In this document: positions 13,334 to 25,700 of the stretch, piece by piece
Layout: each line of letters begins with the position of its first letter
Numbering within the stretch: the stretch's first letter is position 1
NCBI GenBank assembly: GCA_029953675.1
Contig: JAMWBK010000004.1
Span: forward strand, 1,364,001-1,428,000
DNA: 64,000 nt
Origin: Rhodosorus marinus CCMP1338
Taxonomy: Eukaryota > Plantae > Rhodophyta
Direction: 5' to 3'
Made by a program: the position numbers and the translations under genes
Notes under the pieces: generated by a model
Seen by the model: the letters and a program-made list of their open reading frames with translations, nothing else
What the model was told of the DNA's origin: nothing
Database searches by the model: none

Positions 13334-16300
13334 ACGCGCACCACTTGCACCTCGCTTATGTACCTCGATTATGTTGGCGCCCTATATATATTGAATCCAC
13401 CTCCAGCCGATAGGAACGTCCTAATTAATCACACGCACGGTGGAGTCACAGAGTGACTATCTTTTCTAGGTTCCATACAAGAGTCGAAGAGGCCCACTGT
13501 ATGAACACAAAAAAAAAACAAAAGACCATGATTGAGAAACAGTCAAAAACATCGAAATAAGAGAAGAACGCATGAATCGAATTTCGCAAAAACTGTGGAT
13601 TTCTTCAAAGAGAGCAGCCAAGCTTAGGGAAGGGGGGGGGAGGGGTTGGGGCTCACCACCCCTCTCAAGGACCAAACGAAAAATGAAAATATAACCGCGC
13701 ACGAATGAAAAAAAACACAACAAGATGCATGAGCTGTTTGCTTCCGAACACAAATTACTCAATTTTCAAGACACCTTTTTCATGTCAAATTCATCGAAAC
13801 TATATATTAAAAGGGAAATCCGTTTCATTTTCTGAAAGAAATTACAGTCCGGAAATTTTTCTTGCTGTGACGTGTTGGAGCGTGAATGGGCATTATTTTT
13901 TCAACCGCGAGGCGCAAACTTTCCTTCGAGGAAATTCAAACTCGTCATTGAGAATAAACAAAAAATCATTTTCAGGAAAATGAAGCTGGCCCCTACCTAC
14001 CCCCTGGCCCTCTCCATCGTGCATTCGATATGATTCAAATATATTTTTTAGGCCTAGTGAAACACTTCTTTCGGGGAGGTTCTTTAATGGTGCGCCGAGG
14101 CCCCTATTTTCTCCACGTCAACATGCCAATCGAGCAAGTAAAATTGGTTTTAACGTAAACATTAACATATCATAAATATGCGAAATACTTGTCTTTTTAA
14201 TATGCAGAATATTGTGATGCATGTCAACCTCTCCCCCCCTTTCCCCAGGCTCCCCTTCCCCCCCATAAGTCATTTATCCCAAAGACGTTTTCTACAATTG
14301 AAACCTTCTAAATATTTGCTTATATATGGAAAGGAACCCCAATATACTATGTTTAAGCTGATATTGACTAGAGTGTGCAACCTATATGGGGCTCTGAAAT
14401 ACATATGATTTTGTAGTGGCCACCGGTTTCCTTTTCGCTTTGGCACGCTTGTTCTTGTTCATATTTTTCGGCAAAACTCCACCGGTCGCCGTGCACAAAA
14501 TACCGTGGTAGCTTTGCACTACACCAGGAGAGACATAAAATGTACGTATGAGTTTTCTAAATTTCGACATGCTTCCGTCAAAATACTCGTGAACGAAGCA
14601 CGTTCGAAAGAGGCTCGCATTTTAGATCTAATTTATTCCAGAGTACGTACTAGAATATGTTCGCCTTGCCTGCACTAGGAGGGTTCACACGCCCAGGAGG
14701 GAAAAAAGGACGTTCCCCGGTGCGCCCTTTGGCCCCAGGATTGAGAATATTTTTTTGTTTTATCAGAATTTCTCGCGCCACAGATTTTTGGACTGAATCC
14801 CCGATCTACCAAAGGGTTGAGGAGCATTACAGCAGCTTTTTTGTTGCTGCCCAGGTAGTTGACCACGCTTCATACACCATAAGCTACCTAAAAAGAAAAG
14901 CTGATACGAAGGTGTGGGTGGCTTGAACACGTTAGTAGGTGGAAAAACCTGAAAAAAACGTTGAACCTTTCAAGTTTTCAATTGCATTTTAAGCAAATGG
15001 GGAAAAGGTGCAGTTCTTCGCTCTTTCCCATTTTTCAAAACCCGCGTCTGGACGAGAGTGCGAGTTTTGGTAGGATTTTTAGGCATTGTCCTCTATCTAT
15101 AGAGCTTCATGACCCGTCTTTTTCTTTTTTCTTCGGAATCCATCCACCGTCGCGAGGCGGGGGATGGGGAATCAAGCCCCGGTTTGCATGAGTTTGGAGC
15201 TCATGTTCCTTTTTCATCCATAGTTATTATCAAATACATAAATTGTCGCTCCGATGGGGTGTAGGAGAAGATTTTCGGAAGGTGGAGCTCATTAGCAGCT
15301 CCATATACAATGACCACGTACACACAAGGGCGTGATTCAACTGGAGCATTTTCATGGTGGTTCTTCTTTCCGCGTCCGAGCTCCCCTTCTTGTTGTTTTT
15401 CCCTTTTTTCTGTGGTCTGATCTATCTATCTTGATTGCTGGACCTTGCCTTCGAAACCCTCGTCCATGTTTTTTTTGTGCGTTTGATAGGTTTTTGCCTT
15501 TTTTTTCGGTTGGGGAGCAAGAGCTTATTATTGATCGTTAATACCCGACTTACGTCTTTCCCTCCCTTCGTCCCTCGCGTCTTCGCTTGACCGCGCTCTT
15601 TCTCGCCTTTACGAAACTGAAGCGCCCTACCACGACAACGACGATTAGACAAACAGTCCGCGCTCTTTATCGGGCAAAGAGAAAAGACTGGGGGTGGGCG
15701 GGGGGGGTGGGGGGGTAGGGGGTTTCGTTTCGACTCACACTTAGCGGTGAGGTGACGTCTTTTTGGCCATGACAGCGTGTGCATCCGTCGCATATCCTGG
15801 ACAGAAGAGGATATATGTGCAGAACACGTTTGAATTGGAGCACGTCCTTTCGGTGAAGAAATTAACTTTTGTCGCTACAAAAGCGAATGGCTTTGATGCC
15901 TTGGCAGAGGATTCCTGCACGTTACCATCAGCCCAAAAGAAAGCAAAAAGGTAAAACCTGATCGATGCAACGCGGCTAGGGACTCTCCGAGGCACCCACT
16001 TCATCATTTTCAAAAAGAGAACAATGAGCCGATTTACCGCAGAGCAAGCTTTTCGGGACAATCCCAAGGATAACAAAAAAAAAAGCCTGAGAAAAATCTT
16101 TCTTTGGGCACCGATGACAGTGGGTCTGACAACCTTCCGGATCATCGAGAAATAAAGAAAAAGGAAAAAATATCCCTCAAGTATTTCCTCTTCTTACTCT
16201 GAGCCAGTACAAAAAGTTCTCTCCCCCTTCCCACACCACACGCCCACCTCCCATTTTCTCTAAACCGTGTTTATCAAAATAGACAACCCGTTCACCAAGC

Positions 16301-19300
16301 ACATGGTTCGGTTCGCACAACTTGCTCACGACCAAAAAAATTAAAATTTAAGGATGTCGTAGTGGATCGCGACTCCGGGGAGACCTTCGCCTTCAGCCAA
16401 AGAGGAGTTTGTGCGCAATTCTATTAAATTGAACTGGCCTTTTTCGTCAGGGTGTTTTTTGGTTTGTTTTTTTGGTACTGACAGAAGTACAAAAAAAAAG
16501 TTAAGTCCTCCTCATTGGCTTAGAGATTTAATAATGCAGAATTTTAACCAATCACAATCCGTTAAGTTTCAGTTGAATCGAAAATATATCAATATCAATC
16601 GACCAACCATTTTGTTTTTGGAATATAAAGTGGTTGGCTCGTGAGTGTAGAAATAACCAATAAAAAGCAATTTCTGTACTGTTGGGCTTAAGACCAGCTC
16701 CAATCCACTCGCGAGAGTCTCTACGTAGATGTAAGCCGCTGTCCAATGAAGGCAAAGGAGGGTGGCGGTAGTGGTAGTAGTGAAACTGAGCTTTAGGCGC
16801 GCCGCGATGTGCTGATGGCCTTTTGGGCTTATTGTATCACTTCGTTGATCGCTGCTATATTCGATGTGAATCTTATTGTACTAAAAATGAATGGGAGTCC
16901 AAAGGTTGTTGATAAGCATGAGAACACGTTTCCGTGCGTAACGGACCCGACCTGATGATGGCGGATGGAGAACAGGACACAATGGAAGGTCAGCACATAT
17001 GGAAAGATCGTCTTGCTGCCACGGTTTCTCAGCAGAATCTATCACACGCTTCCCCGAGGGCTATGGAGGTCTGGCGTGATTTAAGCTGCGGGGACCTATC
17101 ATCAATCATCTGCTTTCAGAGTCGCTTGTGGACTCTTAGCGGTTATCCTACTAAACCTGTCGCTGTGCCCAACAAGCCTGTGCGTGTCACACGCATGGGG
17201 GAAAATCACAGAACAGACTCACTGAACATATGTTTCTGCTTGCTGAACACGTAAACGCCATTGCGAGTCTTATGGAAACTTCCAGCCATGTTCACGTGAT
17301 CTCGACACAGGCGCTTATTGCTAGTGCTTCATCCTTGGGGGATGTCTGCGATATCTGTCTGAGAAGCTCACGCCGAATCAGAATGCTAAAGAAGACCGCG
17401 AATGCATGCGGCTGCGATCTTCGCCTTCAGATCTCCACGTTGCGTTGAGAATTGTGGTCTTCTTGCTATGGAGCCTGGGTAGCTTTTTTTCGCATGGATT
17501 TGGAAGGTCCCCGCTTCCATTGGTAGAAGTTGTGAGCATCATTCTACCACATGCAAAATGCAGCCTGCTGCTCACTTCAGCACTGATCCCGATGGAATAT
17601 CAACCTTCCCTCTCCCCCCCCCCCTCTTTTTCCTACTCCTAGCCAACAGCGGAAAAACTCGCTTTGAGATTTCCACGTTGCAGTCAAAACTGTGATCTTC
17701 TTTCTATGGAGAGTCAACGGCTTCGTTCATATCGATTGGAGGGTCACTCTTCCCACTCCCGACAGTAAGTTTGTGGGCCTTGGTAACATCTGAATAGCTT
17801 CGATGCATAAAAAATAAATTTCTTTTTTCAAGCAAAAATAGAGGTCCATAGTGCTCTCGACGGAGCAAAATACAACTTACTTGCTAACTTCAGCAGCGAC
17901 CCCGTAGGAAGATCAATTCCCTTTGACTCGCTCCCCCCTCTCCCTCCCGCTCCCCGTCACCGCTTCCAACTTCTAAACTCCCAAATCAGTAGTGAAGTGC
18001 ATAAGCCTCAATTTTTCAAAAGGATTTCTCCCACTGAAGACCAACCCTCGCGGACGCCACTCGTTTCACTAAACTTCGGATAGCAAGCGGAAACTCGCAA
18101 AAGCCCATCAACAACCATGCAAAACTTAATTGCATTACATAAATATATCCCTCGCAGATTGGTTTGTCCAAATCATATTTGAAATATTGATTCAGGCATC
18201 AAAACACAGATGGAGGAAGGAAAAAAAAAGAAAAAAAGGACGATCAACAATTTGGCCATGCGAACTCACAGTACCAGTCAATATGGAAGAAGTCAGTCAT
18301 TTTAAGAAGGTATCACACCAGAGGAATTTCGAGCAATATCACACTTTTTTTTTAGCCTGGAATTTGCTAATTTGGTTGATTTTCAAGGGCACGAAAGCAA
18401 AAAAACAATTCAAAAATCCTTGAAGTCTAAAACTAGCATTACTATTAGCCAATCAATAAACGCTCTTCCGATTTTCTAGTAACCGATTGGTGAAATCAGG
18501 ACATATGGATTGTACTTCCTAGATTTTTTTGTTTTCTACAGATCCGATTCCCTGGTCTTCTTCTGGATTCGCATCTAAAAAAGTACTCAAAAATTTATAT
18601 TTCCTTGGGAATTTTGACAACTAGATTCAATCAGGAAACAGATCGGTGTTGTTTTTTTTGTGCTTTTTGCTCCTTTTTTAGTTTTTTTTTGTCTGCACTT
18701 TTGAACTTGATGATTATTTTGCCATCCTAATTGGAAATTTCACCTGAAAACATGTTTTATTCTCTTTAGGTAAAAAAAAAGACGTCATTGCTGAGCTAGT
18801 TTTTTTTCTCGATTGTTCTGTGGACACGTGTCCATGAGATTTCATTGTTGGAAAGTGACGTCAAGAACGCAGCGCAAAGTGTTTTTTTGAAGTCTGTATA
18901 TTAGTTTTTTTGGTCTTCGAGACACTTAACTCTTGGATTCACATATAGAGAGTTGTGCTTGGGACGTTCCCTTTGTGCCCTCTTGGAAGGTGAAATAGAA
19001 CTGATTGATTCTGTTGGACACTACGGGTACCCGTACAGCTACAAAAAAAAGCTTTGGCATTTCAGTGTCGAGACATATTGGCTAGCTTTTCTTGAGTACA
19101 GCGGCTAAAGCTTCGGCGGAAAATTATGCTCTCCGTGGTACAAGACCTTAAAAGAATTGGGCATGGGCACTGAGAAAAATTGGTCATAGCCACGATCACC
19201 GTCATGACCGTCGTCTGTTGGAATTCTTTGGACGGGGAAGCCGGGGCGGTGTCGTTCTGTCTAGCGATTGGCTTGTTTAGGACCCCAGAGGGCTTACCTT

Positions 19301-19435
19301 TTCAGATCAACCAACCATGGTAGCCCAGCTCGGATACCGCAGTCTCCGTTTAAGCTACTCAACATAATCCTTTAGTCAGAGACACAACCCTGAGAGGAGG
19401 AAGGCTAGGCTACTAACGAGATTAAGGAAATACTG

Positions 19436-19777
19436 CCCCGATACACACAACAGACTGAACGATTGAAAGCAGAAACTAGGTCAAAAATATTGCCTACGGG
19501 TGACCGGCCGGAGCTACTCCACGTCAGAATTCACAGCCACCAAAACTCCTTAAGACAATGAGCGAAGCACTGAAAATACTAGATTCACGTTCCAGAGAAC
19601 GCAGCTGAAGATCCTGAGGAGTCTCGCCTATACCCCGATACGCACAGGCTGAACCATTGAAAGAAGAAACCAAGTTTAAAATATTGCAGGCGGGTGACCC
19701 GTACAACACCTGCCGATGCTATTCCACGTCTGAATTCACTGCCACCAAAACTCCTTAGTACAATGATCGAAGCACTG
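19436..19777. repeat. Diverged tandem duplication, period about 197-205 bp
   Basis: 19436-19572 and 19633-19777 share ccccgatac..ctgaac.attgaaag.agaaac...aaaatattgc..cgggtgacc...tccacgtc.gaattcac.gccaccaaaactcctta..acaatga.cgaagcactg. Confidence 0.85.
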
Positions 19778-20096
19778 TGTTGGATGCTGGCCATGGTCTC
19801 ATCACACCCAGATTCAAATTTCTCAACACAAGCGTTCCTGCTTGCTCCCGTTAGCTGTGCAGCGGACCTATGGTACTTTTTAAGAGCTGTGTTTCCGCAC
19901 CAGACGCTAACTTCCCCTTGGATGCGTGGATTCGTGCATGAACGAAGGAAGCGGGAAGAGTGGCTCTATGGTATTGGGATGCCAAGGTATGCATGCCCTG
20001 ACATTCTTTCTTAGAGCAGTGATCCCCAAAGCACCTGACACAGTGATATGGACGCAAACACCTCTTTACCACTCTGGACCGGTACGTCTGCCTTCA

Positions 20097-20700
20097 TTCC
20101 ACCTGGACAAGTGACCAAAAAAGTTCAGACTTCGTCCCTGGCAAAGCAACGTTCCCAGAAAACGTAACGTGTACGCTTAAAAGCAGAGTAATGGACAATA
20201 GAAACGCCATACATACATACAACCTACTCTTCGAGGGCTAACACCCCAAGACGGGAGAACAACACTGGACACGAGGAACGAGCCTCAAGGATGAGGACGG
20301 CTGAACTCCGCTGCCCTTATGCACAGGGCTAGACTAAGCAGAGTTTGGAAACCCGTCCAGCGATCAAGTTGATCCCCAAAGCACTCACGCAACCAGAGAA
20401 CTCCTGAACTGTCCATGGACCCAGAGACTTCAACAAGAAGCGGGACAAAGCCACGCTCAAGGGCCGATTAAAGTACTCGAGCGTCTGTAAAAGTGCAGTG
20501 TCGATATTCGGCTTATGGGGGCGCATGGTGAGGGCAGCTGAACCACGGCGTCGTGACGAGGCCGGTAGGTAACGATGCCATCCTTCCACTTAGACAAGTG
20601 AGCAAGGTTCAGACTTGGTCCCGGCTAAGCAGCATTCACAGCAAACGGAAGGTGGACGGAAAGTTCAAACTTAGAAGCTGAGCAGTGGGCATTAGAAATG
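20097..20700. repeat. Diverged ~110-bp module present twice (20097-20206 and 20582-20700)
   Basis: ttccacctggacaagtgacc..gttcagacttcgtccctggcaaagcaacgttc versus ttccacttagacaagtgagc..gttcagacttggtcccggctaagcagcattc, then cttaaaagcagagtaatggacaatagaaa versus cttagaagctgagcagtgggcattagaaa. Confidence 0.75.
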
Positions 20701-22746
20701 GCGCTGTGGCGCACTCTGTTCATATTCTCGATCTAGTTGTCAGCATCTAGAGACACCTAGTTGCTCGCATTTCACATCTTTTCTACTTGTTGGCAACAGG
20801 CATGAACAATATTCTTGCACAGCTATAGTAGAGTAATGACCCAACCTGGGAGATGAACGCCTGAGAAACTTTATAGATGCATCCATCCACTGAGGTGAAT
20901 CGTGGGATCCATTTTTAAATCCCAGCAGCAACGAACATGCAACTTGGCAAAGCAGAAAAAGAGGAGCTACCTCGTTGACGAGGCTATTTTGGAGTTTCTT
21001 CCACTCGCTCGTCTGGAAGCAACATAAATGCAACCACCCTCATCTGTTCGTAGCAAGCACGCGTTTGAATTCCAACGACCGGCGAAATGGTATTCAGGAC
21101 ATCCGAGGTGCTGGTGCAGCTCAAGCGAAGTAAATTCGGAAGCACTAGTCTTTTTTTCCCCTCGGGGTTTTTTTTTCAGCCTCCGATTAAACCATTCGTT
21201 CGTTCGTTCGATCGGGTCAGAAATCCGATCCACGATCAGAAAAATAAAACGTTCACCGATGATCTAGACTACGCAGCGGGCCACTAGCGCTGGTTTAAAG
21301 GGAATCTCGTCCTTAAGTATCCCGCGCAAAAAACAGCGTTTAGCTTTTCTTGGATTGCCCTCACCCAAATGATCCTGGACGCCGCTATGGAGAAGAGAGC
21401 TGTAAACGCCTAGTTGCGCCTTTCCGATTTTGTCTTTTTGCCCCCTTCTGCTTCCCCTTAGCAGCGAAAGTAAGGTGTCTATAGAGCAACTACAGAGGGC
21501 TTTGCGTTCAGCACCCCCCCCCCCCAAATTCCGAGAAAACCCAATCTGTCCATATTGAAACGGCAACAAGAAAACAAAAACCACAGAACGTCATCTTTTC
21601 TCATTTGTTCATTTCATCAAAACCCGATCAATAAAACAAGAAAACAATCAACAGATAAATTAAATGATTGATTTATTGATTGAGGTAGACCCTCTTTTTA
21701 TCGCCTCTGCTGATAACTTCTGCAAACAAAAGTCAGCAAGGATCCATTTGTAAGAAAAAAAAGAGGTAATATTCTGAATGAAGGTTCTAATTCTATTGAA
21801 TCTCGGTCACAATGTCCGTCCCCCTTTTGTAATAAGATGTAAATTTCATACAAACATTTTTCTGAATGTATTATTGGATAAAATTTAAAATATCGAAATA
21901 TTATTGGACAATATGAAAATGAAATAGAATAACTTTGGATAGCTTTTTGACTTCCGCTCCACTGGAAAATTCTTTGTCAGAAGTTTCTGTTCTCGATTTC
22001 ACGTTAAAAAACAGAAGAGAAGCACAGAAACCCACTGAAACAACAAGACATCTCTTCCCCCCCACCCCCTCTCCCTCCTCATTTTCCTCCTGTCTAGATC
22101 TAGAATATATAGAGTTCTATACTTCATAAATTCGGCTTGGTATTTACAATAATTTATGTAATTCATGATATCATCGATTCTCTTGAAAAATGGGGATCCA
22201 TGACTTCCCTTAAATATAGGGTTTTTTAATCCAATCTTGGATATCGAATTCGACCACGCAGCGCCATGACCTTTCGAAGATGGATCAGTTTGCAGCATCG
22301 TTTGGTGTACCAACCCACCCCATTCTTTCTGAGACTAGAATACGCAAATTCAATATTTATCAAAAAGTAAGCAGGGTTATGAGATGCTATGGAGCCAGAA
22401 GGTTGGGGGGGGGGGGAGGAAGTTGCTTAGCATGGTTTGGGTTAGCATTAACTGCTCAACAATACTTTGGCCAACAGTTTTCTTGGGATTTTCAAAGTGG
22501 GGGGTTTTACGAGCTTTTTAAGTCAAGAAGTTGGACGCTCTGTTGAGAGGTGTAGGTTGGAGAGGTTTTGGAAAGGTCGAAGAGGGTGTTGGACGGAAAT
22601 ATAAGGGTGTCTGGGTCTGGTTCTGGTCAGGATCCCTGGAAGAGCTATGAGGAGTTAAAAAGCATTGGGAAGGCGGGGTGAGGGGGTGGGGCGAGATCTC
22701 CGTGTACAGGGGAGTGAAGAAGTTTGCTCTGACAGAACTCTGCGCG

Positions 22747-25700
22747 ATGAGGGGTATGAACGTGATCTTGATCGTCGCGGCGGTGGTCGTTGTGGCTTCT
22801 TGTAAACCTTCGTTTCCGCTTTTCATCAATTTTGGTCCAAAAAATGCTCCAGAGTGCGGATCTGAGGGGTCGTTCATCGAGGATACTGGTGAACCTTTCC
22901 GCTTCCATCATGACAACTTGATGAAGTACGGATGGAGAAGTGCAGTGACGCCCTTTGAGCCTACTCGAGCGAAAACAGCGCTCAGGAAAACGGACGCGAA
23001 AGTTGGATGTCCTCGGAAGAGCTTCGCATACATGCAGTTCGGAGACGCCAAGAAGGATCCAAATGAACCTGATGTACTGTGGCAATTGAGCGACGTCCCG
23101 AATGGGTACTACACCGTTGACTTGATTGTCGGTGACGTTGCCCGAACTGGGGATGTACATTCTGTTTTCGTGAATGGACAAAAATTGATCCAGAAACTCC
23201 AAAAAACTGAGACAGAATTCCTGAGGACCACGACTGTTGTGCTTGTCTCGAATGGGAGGATGAGGTTCTTTCCGATGGGGGGAAGGAACACAAAGCTCAA
23301 CAGGATAATAATTCACGAGGGTGGAACTCCGAAAACCGGCGGGAGCCTGAAGCAAGTTGAAGTCAATTTCCTTCCGAAAGGAGAAACAAATTGCGGCCAA
23401 AAGTTCCTAAAGGACGTGGGTGAGGCGTACGGATTGAAGAAAGAGGGATACAGCTATGGATGGTTCACAGCGGGTACTGAGGATGAGCTGAATGACGGCA
23501 ATCGGTACGACATCAGCGACCGGATGGTCAAGAGGAAAGGAGAAGACAATTGCCTCTTCTCCTCGTTCGCATCAATGCAGAAAGCCGGAGAACCTGACGC
23601 GGAGTGGAAGATCGACAATTTAACTAACGGAAACTACAAAGTGCAAGTAGTTGCCGGTGATCCGCAAGCGAAAGGGTTTGGCTCAACTCACTACATAGAA
23701 GCCAACGGAGTGCGTGTCCTCCGAGCTACCGTACCGGACAAGCCTGAAGATCGTGTCACTGGCTCTGCAACCGTCAAGGTATCCGACGGTACAATGAGAA
23801 TATCTGCTCAGAAACGGGGCAAAAACACAAAGCTATCTGCGGTTTCGCTGAGGAGAACTGGGCCCTTCCCGGTGCCCAAACCAGAGCCTACTCCAAAACC
23901 TCGATCCCCGCCCGATGAATGTATTCCAAATCCGTCGGAGTTCGATGGAGCGCTCATCTCCAATCTTAGGTGCGAGGACGTAGCGCAGTTACCAGTTTAC
24001 AGGCAGATCGGATTTAACGGAAAGAAAGCGGGACTGGTTGGTTCAGATGGGGTTTCTGTTGAATGGACAATGTTCCTGCCAACATCCAATCGTAACCTTG
24101 CCTATGATCACAAATACTTGCTGGCAAAATCCGGCGAAGGCCTGCAGATGCGCACCAGCTTTGGATCTATGAAGGGAACTGCAAACAACCAACTGAACGC
24201 CTTAGGAATCGGTCTGGATCTTCCGTCGAGGTCACTTTCACTGAGAATGACGTGGAAGCTCCCTGCAACCCTGAAGGGGAAGGGCGAGAGAGCATGCATG
24301 TGGTTCGGGAATAGCCCTCAAAAGTTTGTCTGGCTTTGTGTCGTGGCGCAGGGGAACAAATTCTTCATTGAGCTCATGGTGGAGAAGGATGACAAACAGC
24401 TGAGCAGAAAGCGGGTTCAAGTGAATGTGGACGAGAATCAGAGACTTGTAGTTCTTCAGCTTCAGCTTCTTTCGCAGTCAAGCGAAGTAGTTGCCAGATA
24501 TCGAACTACTGGAAAGCTGAAGGATTTCGCGTCTGCTGAAGTCCCTCGAGAGTATTTCAGCTTTGATGCTGCAAATTCGGACTTCAGGATGCTCTCAAGG
24601 TCCTATGCCGGACCGTATGTCAACCAGGGAACAGACAAATCCGATACTAGCCACAGATTCCTCATGACGGACTTCGAGATGAGAGAGATCCAATTTTCTG
24701 ACGTAAGGATGCCTCCACACCATCGCAGAGGAGAGTAGTCTAAACTCACAATGCTAACGACCCGTGTGTGTATTCCTCCTGATCTAGGACGTTAAAAATA
24801 CCCCCGGAATTGACTTCAAGACGACGTTCTTGAAGAATTTGAATTTCGTCACAGCAATGGCATTCGGACCCAACGGAAAGCTCTACACAACGAACGCAGT
24901 GTGCGACGTAAACGTTATATCTTTCAAAGCGGACGGGATCACAGAAGCCAAGAGAGTGACATATAAACCACTCGGAGAGCGCCTGTGCCTTGGACTAGAA
25001 ATCGATCCGGATTCCACCCCGAGCAATGTGATACTCTGGTTCAGTCACTCGGACAGCTCACAGGACGATGGACAAGCAAATTCTGGAAGGATTTCCAGAG
25101 TCAAGGGGGTCAAGTTGGATAAGGTCCAACACGTCATCACGGGCCTGCCAAGGGCGATTGGAAATCACGGTCCGAATTCCCTTCATTTCGGGCCCGATGG
25201 ACATCTGTACTTCACGATTGGGAGCAACACTGCTGGGGGCGCGTCGAATCCGAGGTCACCTACTTTTGGTTTGCGACCTGAGCAATGCTTGGCTGCAGCT
25301 CTTTTGAGGGCAAATGTGAAGAACAAGGGCTTCAATGGAAATTGCCTAGAGCCGGCAGATCCAGTTGAAATGGACAAGACCGGAATTGCGAGTGAAAAGT
25401 GCAACAACCTCTGCGACGTTGAAGTGTACGCTTCAGGTCTGCGTAACTCCTACGACTTTACCTGGCGAAACGGTGACTTGTTCGCAACGGAGAATGGACT
25501 AGGAGGAACGGGAACTGCTCCAATGATCAGCGACGATTATAAAGAGGGAGACTCGTGCAATAAGCCGGTGCCTGACGGAAAGATTGATCTGCAAGATCCA
25601 GAATCCACAGAGGACCTACTGCACAAGATTACGAGGGGTGCCTACTATGGGCACCCCTGCCCGCCCAGAAAGGAGTGCATTTATATGGGGGGCTTCCCAA

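Noticed and set aside
16934-17642. Chain of 65-106-aa ORFs in the gene desert
   Set aside because: There is no domain signal and the splice phases are not consistent; probably neutral or decayed sequence.
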